Assembly (NCBI GenBank): GCA_903959815.1
Contig: CAJBYM010000109.1
Location: 2,229-66,228 of the forward strand
DNA from: Candidatus Omnitrophota bacterium
GTDB taxonomy: Bacteria; Omnitrophota; Gorgyraeia; Zapsychrales; Fredricksoniimonadaceae
DNA length: 64,000 bases
Direction of reading: 5' to 3'
Part shown: positions 38,229 to 46,490 of the stretch, piece after piece
Layout of the letters: the number at the start of each line of letters is the position of its first letter
How positions within the stretch are numbered: position 1 is the stretch's first letter
Notes under the pieces: generated by a model
What the model was told of the DNA's origin: nothing
What the model saw: only the letters and a program-made list of their open reading frames with translations
Databases searched by the model: none
Made by a program: the position numbers and the translations under genes

Positions 38229-39731
38229 CTATCTTCTGCGGCCTTTAAGCGAAGACTTTACATTCCCACCTTCGCGAGCACGTTCAAAATCAATATGTCC
38301 CTGATAAGGATCCAGGTCCGTTAACTTAACACGCACATTCTGTCCGACCGAAAGCCTTTCACCACCACCCATGATCCGGCCCTCAACCGGCGGCTCAACG
38401 AGGCGCACATAAATCCCTTTATCCGAAGATCCTGTGATGATGCCGTCAAAAACCTCACCGATCCGACCTCTCATCAAGACCGCGGCCGCAACCTTTTGCA
38501 TGAACCGCTCGACCTTCTTGGACATCTTGTCACGGTCTGTGCACCAGGCCGCATGCTCGATCAATTCTTTGCGAGAATACGGACAAGCTTTTCTGTCCAG
38601 CACCGCTTTCAAGATCCGCTGGATAATAAGATCCACATACCGGCGGTTGGGCGCCGTCGAATGGGTATAATCCGAAACAGCCAGACCAAAATGGCCCACC
38701 GGAGCCTTGCCCGGCTCCAGCATCATGTACTCGCCAGGACCCAGCAATTTCACAATGGTGAGCGACAGGTCAGGAAAATGAACACTGTCCGCAGACTTCC
38801 TTTTAAGAAGGAACTTGGACAAAGCCTTCACATCCGCTTCAGCCGGAAGGCGTGTTCCCAGATCAGCTGCAACATCAACAATCCCGGGCCAGTTCTTAGG
38901 AACGCGCACAATGCGCTGGATCACAGGCACATGTGCTTTCTCCAGAAATTCCATGACCGTACCATTGGCCGCGATCATAAAATTCTCAATGACATGGTGT
39001 GCCCTATCCTCGCTGGGTAAAACCAGCCCAACGACCATATCATCTTTCATGACCGTCTTGGCTTCCAGACTTTCCAATTCCAGAGCCCCCTTTTCCATGC
39101 GAAAATTCTTAAGACGACTGGCCGCTTCATCCTGCAAACGAACCTGTTCTTCCAACCCCGGAATATCCGTAAATGCCTGCGGGAAAGGACCATGGCCGTC
39201 AAGCCAGGCACCAACCTCTTCATAAACCAGTTTCGCCCTATTATGGACCAGCGCAAGATAGATCTTCCCGCGCCGCACATCGCCGTTCTTCAAAACCACA
39301 AATTCAATCACGATCGCAGGCCGGTCCTCACCTGCACGCAAAGAGGTGAGGTCCGTTGACAAACGCAAAGGCAACATGGGAAACGTTTCAATGCCCGTAT
39401 ATACCGACGTTGCATTATGCTCGGCATGGCGATCAATTTCAAAACCCCGTGGAACAAAGACGTCAACATCCGCTATCGCGATCTTGATCAAAATCTCCTG
39501 ATCAGCGCCACGCTCGGCATATTCCAGTTGGTCAAGATCAAGTGAATCCACATTATCAATCGACGACCACAAAAGTCCACGCAGATCCACCCTGCCAGAG
39601 CGCAGCATTTTCTTGGGATCAAGGCGATCAACTTCACGCATCATATTTTTGGAAAATTGATATCGAAAACCATAACGTTCCATAGCCTGGTGAGCAATAG
39701 CATGAAGATCAATGTCACGGAATGGAGACAT
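38229..39731 (-). CDS. RNB-domain exoribonuclease (RNase II/R family) without N-terminal cold-shock domains
   Basis: SIDNVDSLDLDQ, IENFMIAAN, HFGL..YTHSTAPNRRYVD, C-terminal S1-like domain. Confidence 0.9.
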   Translation of the reverse strand: MSPFRDIDLHAIAHQAMERYGFRYQFSKNMMREVDRLDPKKMLRSGRVDLRGLLWSSIDNVDSLDLDQLEYAERGADQEILIKIAIADVDVFVPRGFEIDRHAEHNATSVYTGIETFPMLPLRLSTDLTSLRAGEDRPAIVIEFVVLKNGDVRRGKIYLALVHNRAKLVYEEVGAWLDGHGPFPQAFTDIPGLEEQVRLQDEAASRLKNFRMEKGALELESLEAKTVMKDDMVVGLVLPSEDRAHHVIENFMIAANGTVMEFLEKAHVPVIQRIVRVPKNWPGIVDVAADLGTRLPAEADVKALSKFLLKRKSADSVHFPDLSLTIVKLLGPGEYMMLEPGKAPVGHFGLAVSDYTHSTAPNRRYVDLIIQRILKAVLDRKACPYSRKELIEHAAWCTDRDKMSKKVERFMQKVAAAVLMRGRIGEVFDGIITGSSDKGIYVRLVEPPVEGRIMGGGERLSVGQNVRVKLTDLDPYQGHIDFERAREGGNVKSSLKGRRR

Positions 39732-39742
39732 GACAAACCTTT

Positions 39743-40570
39743 CTAAAAAGACACCTTAACGATTTCGTTGGGAGCATGCTTCACCGTACGCGCATATCCC
39801 ACAAGCGGTTTGCCAAACGCCATCACGTAACCCATAACATGATCTTGCGGGATCCCAAGACTGATCTTAAGCTCCGGCAAAACGACATTGATCAACCATT
39901 TTGCCAAACCAGTCCAAACCGTTCCCACACCCAGGCTTTGGGCAAAGAGCTCGAAGTACGCGAGCGCGATCAAACAGTCCGGCTCAGGTGCCGGGCAATT
40001 CTTGGGAGCAGATGCGATTACAAGATGAGGAGCCCCACGAAAAATAATGTCCACCTTGGCTGTTTCCCAAAGTTTCACATGATCAGCAAAGAATTCCATA
40101 CCCGGCGGCAACTTGCCTTCACGCACACACTGGGCCAAAAGATCCATGGCCTGTGTACGGAACTTATCCATCATCTGACGATTATCAATGACCGTGAAGC
40201 GCACCTGCCGCACATTCTTTCCCGTCGGTGCATAAGAGGCCACGTCCAAAAGCCGCTGTATGAGTGCAGGATCCAGATCTTCTTTCTTATAGCGACGGAC
40301 AGAACGGCGTGCTTTGATCAACCGTTCGATCTTGTCCGCATGCGGAAGTTCCCCGGTCACAGGCAAACATTCGGCCGGATCAACTCCCAGGATCGAGATC
40401 GCCGCCGTCGGACAGATCGCCAGGCAATGCTGGCAACGGATGCATTTGGGGCCATTCTGACGCGCAATGGACGGATGTCCGTCAACCATGTCGATGATAC
40501 TAACTAAACAATCTGCCGCGCACTGGCCACAAGAAATGCAACGTTCCTTATTAACAACGAACTTGATCAT
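39743..40570 (-). CDS. Ferredoxin-nitroreductase fusion
   Basis: Two CxxCxxCxxxC motifs, RRSVRRY, APTGKN. Confidence 0.9.
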   Translation of the reverse strand: MIKFVVNKERCISCGQCAADCLVSIIDMVDGHPSIARQNGPKCIRCQHCLAICPTAAISILGVDPAECLPVTGELPHADKIERLIKARRSVRRYKKEDLDPALIQRLLDVASYAPTGKNVRQVRFTVIDNRQMMDKFRTQAMDLLAQCVREGKLPPGMEFFADHVKLWETAKVDIIFRGAPHLVIASAPKNCPAPEPDCLIALAYFELFAQSLGVGTVWTGLAKWLINVVLPELKISLGIPQDHVMGYVMAFGKPLVGYARTVKHAPNEIVKVSF

Positions 40571-40579
40571 AGTGCCTCC

Positions 40580-40765
40580 TTAATGCTTCACACCTAACTT
40601 TTCCAGAATGGTCATCATGGGACACCAATTCGTAAATGCCGACTGGAGAAGATTCAGCCCCACAAACGCCGTGAACCATAACCACATCGGGCTAACATAA
40701 TATGCCAACACCAGGCTGAGTAAAATAAAAAGTCCGGCCATACCTCTTAATATCCGCTGGATCAT
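40580..40765 (-). CDS. DUF2892 (YgaP-TM-like) small membrane protein
   Basis: FVGLNLLQSAFTNWCP. Confidence 0.9.
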   Translation of the reverse strand: MIQRILRGMAGLFILLSLVLAYYVSPMWLWFTAFVGLNLLQSAFTNWCPMMTILEKLGVKH

Positions 40766-43700
40766 AACGACCTCCCTATTTTTGGTTTCATAACCATATA
40801 ATATATCACCGGCACGGCCGTCCGTGAAAGGATCGTCGATGCCACTTCACCTGCGATCAGCGATAAGGCCAACCCCTGAAAGATAGGATCAAACAAAATA
40901 ACCGACGCGCCAACCACAACCGCGGCGGCCGTAAGGAGCATCGGACGGAAGCGTTTAGCCCCCGCATCGATCACAGCTTCCTCGATCGCCATCCCTTCTT
41001 TCATCCTCAGCTCAATAAAATCCACGAGAATGATCGAGTTGCGTACAACGATCCCGGCACCCGCGATCATGCCAATCATCGAAGTAGCCGTAAAGAATGT
41101 ATTCGTCATCCAGTGCGCGGGCAGAATGCCGATAAGTGTAAGCGGGATCGGTAACATGATGATCCATGGCGTCTTAAACGACTGGAACCATCCCACCACC
41201 AGCGTAAAGATCAATATCAGGACGATCGCAAAAGCGATCCCCAGGTCACGGAAGACTTCATACGTGATCTGCCACTCGCCATCCCACTTCAAAGACCAGC
41301 GCTCATCGGTCTGCGGCTGATCCGTCAATAAAAGATCTGCTTTCTTTTGCATAGCAGGATTGGGCTCAGGCACAGCGATCTTCTCAAAACCAGGATTCAG
41401 ATCAAGCATCGCATAAACCGGGCTGTCCACCTGACCATCCACATCCGCGATCACATAAGAAACACGTTGCAGGTTCTTATGATAGATCGTGTAATCTTTA
41501 TGCCCCGACTCCACCTCGACGAGGTCTTTCAGCGGGATCCGATTGCCAAAACGCGCCAGCACTGTCATTCCCAAAACAGCATCAAGGGTCTGTCGTTTAT
41601 CTTTGGATAAACGCAAGAGGATCTCAACCGGCTCATTCTCACCGGAAAGATGCGCCAGATCCGCCTTCGTTCCGAGTAAAGAATCCGCAACGACCTGAGC
41701 CAGCGCGTTGACCGCAACACCATTTAAAGAAGCCTTTTGCTTGTTGATCTTAAGCCGATATAACTTTTCCTGACGCCCCACATAACTATCAATATCTGTA
41801 ACGCTTGAACTATTTTTAAAAAGAAGCTCAACATCACTCGCCAGCTTGCGCTGCCCCTCAAGCGACGGACCATAGATCTCAACGACCATGGTCGAAAGGA
41901 CCGGAGGTCCCGGCGGAACTTCGGCAACCTGCACATGCCCGCCTAACTTATCCACGATCTGATGGATCTTCGGACGAACAGCTTTAGCAATATCATGGCT
42001 CTGCAGTTTACGATCTTTCTTCCCCACAAGATTGACCTGAAGGTCTGCCTGCCAAGGCTTGGAACGCAAGAAATAATGCCGCACAAGTCCGTTGAAATTA
42101 TACGGCGCACTAGTACCAATATAAGCCGTAATATTACTGACCTCGGGGACATCATGCATCACCGCCGCGATCTCATCAACCACCTTCTTTGTTCCTTCAA
42201 ACGTTGTTCCTTCAGGCATATTCAAAACGACCTGAAATTCATTTTTATTATCAAAAGGCAGCATTTTCATTTTAACAAGCTTAAGCGGTACCATCATCAC
42301 AACCAGGCCCAATGCCCCGATAAGTCCCATGATAAACCACTTACGAACAACGGCGTTATAGATCAGCGGCTGCATATAGGAACGGTACACGCGCGTCAAC
42401 AGATCATCCTTCTCCCCTTCGCCATGCCCTCGTAACTTACCCTCGGCATGCGCCCGCCCCAAGATCCTGTGCGCGGCCCAGGGTGTCGCCACGAACGCAA
42501 CGATCATGGAAAATACCATGGCCATACTCGCCCCGATCGGGATCGGACGCATATAAGGACCCATGAGGCCGCTGACAAATGCCATGGGCAAGATCGCCGC
42601 AATGACCGTAAGTGTCGCCAAAATAAGCGGGCTCTGGATCTCCTGAACAGCCTCAACGATCACATCGATCAAGGCCCTTCCTTTATTTTTGGCCATACGC
42701 AAATGCCGCACGATATTCTCAACACCGACGATCGGATCATCCACAAGAATGCCGATGGAAAATATCAACGCAAAAAGCGTAATGCGGTTAAGTGTAAACC
42801 CCAAGAAATGAAAACCGGCCAGCGTCAACGACAGGGTCATAGGAATAGCAATTGCAACCACACCCGACTCGCGCCAACCGAGCGTAAGCGCCATCAAAAG
42901 CGTCACACCTAAAATAGCCAGTGCCATGTGAAACAAAAGTTCATTTGATTTCTCATCCGCCGTCTCACCATAGTTGCGCGTGACCGCATAAGACACCGCC
43001 GCAGGGATCATGCTTCCTTTAACACCTTCAACCCTTTTAAGGATCCTTTCACAAACATGGGAGGCATTCGCGCCTTTCCTTTTAGAAACAGCCAGCGTCA
43101 CAGCTTCAAAAACACCTTTGGCCCCCGTCTTATCTGCCGGACCAAATTGAAAATTGACCGCAGTCTCATCTTCATCCGGTCCATCAACAACGGTCGCCAC
43201 ATCCTTCAAATAAACTTCACCCCCCTGGCTTACACCCACGACCACATTCTCAAGATCCTCTTTAGAGCGAAAAAAACCGTCGGACTCAACAGAAACAAGC
43301 TCTGGCCGGCTTTGCAAATGCCCTGCAGCTATCTTGACGTTCGAACGCCGGATAAGCTCGCCGACCTCGAGCGTATTTAAGAACCGTTCATTGAGCTTCT
43401 GTTCATCTAAGACAACACGAAACTGCCGCTTGCGTCCGCCTGTGATCTGCGTCTCGGAAACATCCGGAATAGCACTGACAATATTCTGCAGATCTGCCGC
43501 GACCTTGCGCAAACTAACCGCATCCATCGTCGCACTATGAAACGTCAATGTCATAACAGGAACATCGTCGATCGAACGGATCTTGATCAGCGGCTGAGAA
43601 CCTCCCATGGCCAAAAGATCCAAATTCGAATAAACCTTGGTATAAAGTTTGATCAGGCTCTTTTCCACATCCTCGCCAACCTTAAAACGAACCGTAATGA

Positions 43701-43992
43701 TCGCTCCGTCGGCCTGGGTCATGGAATAAACATACTCAACCCCGGGGAGTTCCCACAGTTTTCGCTCACCCACATTAACAATGCGCCGCTCGACTTCCTC
43801 GGCGGTCGCTCCAGGATAGGATACAAAGATATCAAAGACAGGAACCGCGATCTGCGGCTCTTCTTCCCGCGGAAGATTGATGATAGACATCACACCCAGG
43901 AATATAGAGAAACCAATAACAAGAGGCGTCACTTTAGAACGGATAAAAGCACCAACAATCCGCGATATAAGACTTTCCGATCCCATGCTCAT
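40762..43992 (-). CDS. RND efflux permease
   Basis: PREEEPQI, GILVDD.IV.VEN, GIVVRNSIILVDF, RFRPMLLT. Confidence 0.95.
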   Translation of the reverse strand: MSMGSESLISRIVGAFIRSKVTPLVIGFSIFLGVMSIINLPREEEPQIAVPVFDIFVSYPGATAEEVERRIVNVGERKLWELPGVEYVYSMTQADGAIITVRFKVGEDVEKSLIKLYTKVYSNLDLLAMGGSQPLIKIRSIDDVPVMTLTFHSATMDAVSLRKVAADLQNIVSAIPDVSETQITGGRKRQFRVVLDEQKLNERFLNTLEVGELIRRSNVKIAAGHLQSRPELVSVESDGFFRSKEDLENVVVGVSQGGEVYLKDVATVVDGPDEDETAVNFQFGPADKTGAKGVFEAVTLAVSKRKGANASHVCERILKRVEGVKGSMIPAAVSYAVTRNYGETADEKSNELLFHMALAILGVTLLMALTLGWRESGVVAIAIPMTLSLTLAGFHFLGFTLNRITLFALIFSIGILVDDPIVGVENIVRHLRMAKNKGRALIDVIVEAVQEIQSPLILATLTVIAAILPMAFVSGLMGPYMRPIPIGASMAMVFSMIVAFVATPWAAHRILGRAHAEGKLRGHGEGEKDDLLTRVYRSYMQPLIYNAVVRKWFIMGLIGALGLVVMMVPLKLVKMKMLPFDNKNEFQVVLNMPEGTTFEGTKKVVDEIAAVMHDVPEVSNITAYIGTSAPYNFNGLVRHYFLRSKPWQADLQVNLVGKKDRKLQSHDIAKAVRPKIHQIVDKLGGHVQVAEVPPGPPVLSTMVVEIYGPSLEGQRKLASDVELLFKNSSSVTDIDSYVGRQEKLYRLKINKQKASLNGVAVNALAQVVADSLLGTKADLAHLSGENEPVEILLRLSKDKRQTLDAVLGMTVLARFGNRIPLKDLVEVESGHKDYTIYHKNLQRVSYVIADVDGQVDSPVYAMLDLNPGFEKIAVPEPNPAMQKKADLLLTDQPQTDERWSLKWDGEWQITYEVFRDLGIAFAIVLILIFTLVVGWFQSFKTPWIIMLPIPLTLIGILPAHWMTNTFFTATSMIGMIAGAGIVVRNSIILVDFIELRMKEGMAIEEAVIDAGAKRFRPMLLTAAAVVVGASVILFDPIFQGLALSLIAGEVASTILSRTAVPVIYYMVMKPKIGRSL

Positions 43993-45368
43993 AATCCACC
44001 CTCCTGGCCTAAAGCGCTCAAAACCCCTTCATTCAGCTGTCCTGTAAGAAACAGAAGCCTTCCTTGCGAAAGAAAGGCTCCCATTAAAGCTTTTTCATAA
44101 CCTTCAATGGTTTGCAAATACGCCCGACGAGCATCCATAAGATCGGCCACCGATTTACGGCCTTCACTATAAAGAGGCGCTGTGAGCGATACCGCTTCTT
44201 TAGCATCCTCGCTCATGGCTCTAAGCACCGGAAGGTTATCCCGAAATGCATCATAGCGGGCTGTTTCCCCGGCAATGGCACGGGCGACCGTATCTTTCAA
44301 GATTTGAATGTCATGCGCCAGACGTTCTTTCAACGCCAGCGCTTCTTTCACCCGCCCGCTACGCGACGGGTCAAAAAGCGACATCCGCGCTTTAACCCCA
44401 ACAGTAAAGTTACTCCCCCCCGCATCATGGATATCACGACGATTATTGGTCGCATCCCCAAACGCCATCAAACGCGGCAGTGCCGACGCCTTCTCACGCG
44501 ATAATTCAAGATCAGCCGCCTTAACACGCAAGTCCAACGCTTTCAGATCCGGACGCGACACACCCGCTTCACGCACCAAGGACTCCACCTCACGACTGAG
44601 CACTGTCTTTTCCTGTAATATATTCACGAGCTCCCAGGTTGTTCCCATCGGCTCACCCATCAGAATGTTCAACAAGACCATCATGGCTTTCTTCTGACGG
44701 AAGATCTCATTTTTCATGCGCGTCATATCCCCGAACATCACACGCGCCGCATAATAATCAGCCCCTAGGATCATACCTTTATCCTTGAGATCTTTAGCCT
44801 TTTGAAGATCTTCATCTGCACTTTTTTGAACTTCATCCACGATCGTTGCCAAACGCTCCAGAACCAACGCATTCAGATACGCATCCTGTGCGGTCAACAA
44901 AGCTTCCATCCGGGTAAAATCCTCATCTGCTTCGGTCGCCTTCACCTGTTCCCGTGCGGCACGTGTACGATAGATCGTCTGCATGGCATCGATCAAGGGA
45001 AGCTCCACATGAACGCCGCCCGCAAGATCACGATGATGGCGAGGTGTATTCAATCGGTCTACTTCAAAATCTGATGATGCAAAACGTTCCTGCCGAAGTT
45101 TCATACCAAAAACATTCACCGGATCATCAGACTCCTGATAGTCCGCAGAAAGATCGAGCGATGGCCAAAACCCTGCTCTGGCCTGCATTTGACGGGCTAG
45201 CGCGGCCTGAACATCCGTATGCGCCGCTTTTAATTGAGGATAATAATGCAGAACTTTTTCTGAGAATTGTGCAAAAGTCAGGATTGATGCCGCTTCTTGA
45301 GCCTGAACCACCGGCATAAAGAAAAGAATCATTCCGATGATGATATTAAAAGAAAGAGCCTTCTTCAT
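43989..45368 (-). CDS. TolC family outer-membrane protein
   Basis: Signal peptide, two OEP-like helical repeats (P.L.A..ARAGFWP; RPDL..SALP). Confidence 0.9.
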   Translation of the reverse strand: MKKALSFNIIIGMILFFMPVVQAQEAASILTFAQFSEKVLHYYPQLKAAHTDVQAALARQMQARAGFWPSLDLSADYQESDDPVNVFGMKLRQERFASSDFEVDRLNTPRHHRDLAGGVHVELPLIDAMQTIYRTRAAREQVKATEADEDFTRMEALLTAQDAYLNALVLERLATIVDEVQKSADEDLQKAKDLKDKGMILGADYYAARVMFGDMTRMKNEIFRQKKAMMVLLNILMGEPMGTTWELVNILQEKTVLSREVESLVREAGVSRPDLKALDLRVKAADLELSREKASALPRLMAFGDATNNRRDIHDAGGSNFTVGVKARMSLFDPSRSGRVKEALALKERLAHDIQILKDTVARAIAGETARYDAFRDNLPVLRAMSEDAKEAVSLTAPLYSEGRKSVADLMDARRAYLQTIEGYEKALMGAFLSQGRLLFLTGQLNEGVLSALGQEGGL

Positions 45369-45646
45369 CGCGACACCTCCCCTTTAGACAAGACCTTGAT
45401 CAATTCAACAACTTTTGGCGCAAGAACCCGATAACAGGTTTTCACTCCCTCTTTTCTGATCCCCACCACTCCCGCAGCTTTTAAAACACCCAGATGCTGA
45501 GACACCGTCGATTGCGGCAGCTTAAGCGCCTTGACCATCTTATCCACATGACATTCACGGCCCAAAAGGCCCTCGGCCATGCGCAAACGTACGGGATGCG
45601 CCAAAGCTTTCAATACTTCACTTTCCCGGATATAATCCATCGGCAT
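45365..45646 (-). CDS. ArsR/SmtB family repressor
   Basis: LKALAHPVRL, PQSTVSQHL.VLK.AG. Confidence 0.92.
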   Translation of the reverse strand: MPMDYIRESEVLKALAHPVRLRMAEGLLGRECHVDKMVKALKLPQSTVSQHLGVLKAAGVVGIRKEGVKTCYRVLAPKVVELIKVLSKGEVSR

Positions 45647-45704
45647 AGAAAAACCCCTTTCATCGTATAATTGCGATATTACGATAAAAGGGGTTTTCTG
45701 TCAA
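45647..45704 (-). promoter_or_regulatory. arsR-operon promoter overlapped by a long inverted repeat (operator)
   Basis: TTGACA(45699-45704)-17-TAATAT(45676-45681); about 20-bp imperfect arms AGAAAAACCCCTTTCATCGTA / TACGATAAAAGGGGTTTTCT. Confidence 0.7.
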
Positions 45705-45735
45705 GTGCTATCCGTCAACCGGACCGATCGCCGCT

Positions 45736-46275
45736 TTATGCGATCTTGGGCGGTTCAGGAAAATCTACTTCCGTCTCGGCAATGTGATTAAAATAATTCG
45801 TGAAAAGATTAAACGTAACCCAGGCGATCACCTCGATGAGCGCTGCATCCGAATAGCCGGCTGCTTTAAACGCATCAACGACCTTGCCCAACGGACGGCC
45901 TTTTTTCTCGGAGATCTCCACCACAAGCTCCAGGAGCGCATCCATCTTCGGATCTTGGCTTATCCCCTGACGCGCTTCAAGTGTCTCTTCATCCGTAAGA
46001 CCTGACATCTTGCCGATAACCGTATGAGCTGCCACACAATAATCACACGTGTTATTCTGACCAACAGCCAACGCGATCGCTTCGATCTCCTTGGGCGTTA
46101 GTACACCTTTCTTCAAACCAAAGTTATACGCCAAGAGCGCATGCAACGTACTCGGCGAATGCGCCATGGTCGCATAGATATTAGGGATCTTCCCCATCTT
46201 GGCCTGGATGCCTTCGAGGACTTTTTTCTGCTCTTCATTGGCAGCATCCAACTTAACGGGTTCAATAACTGGCAT
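45736..46275 (-). CDS. AhpD/CMD family peroxidase-related protein
   Basis: GKIPN, E.IALAV..N.CDYCVAAH; start moved to MPVIEP. Confidence 0.88.
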   Translation of the reverse strand: MPVIEPVKLDAANEEQKKVLEGIQAKMGKIPNIYATMAHSPSTLHALLAYNFGLKKGVLTPKEIEAIALAVGQNNTCDYCVAAHTVIGKMSGLTDEETLEARQGISQDPKMDALLELVVEISEKKGRPLGKVVDAFKAAGYSDAALIEVIAWVTFNLFTNYFNHIAETEVDFPEPPKIA

Positions 46276-46308
46276 ACAACACATCCTTTCTAAACTTTTA
46301 ATAATCAA

Positions 46309-46329
46309 AAAATAATATCGTATTATTTT
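46309..46329. promoter_or_regulatory. Palindrome in the AT-rich divergent ahpD/nrdA intergenic region
   Basis: AAAATAATA-TCG-TATTATTTT. Confidence 0.3.
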
Positions 46330-46490
46330 CTTTTTCCTCTATTAATGGATATTATCTTATCATTCTAAAAAATAGAAGCTAAATAAATTTTTGCGAATAA
46401 TAAATACAAATTCTTTGAAAGTATTTGCGGTCATCTACGACCAAAATAAACAATCCGATAAATATTATTAATTCATAAGAGAAAAATCCT

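Noticed and set aside
46309-46490. NrdR boxes upstream of nrdA
   Set aside because: No convincing match to the acaCwAtATaTwGtgt consensus was found by eye.
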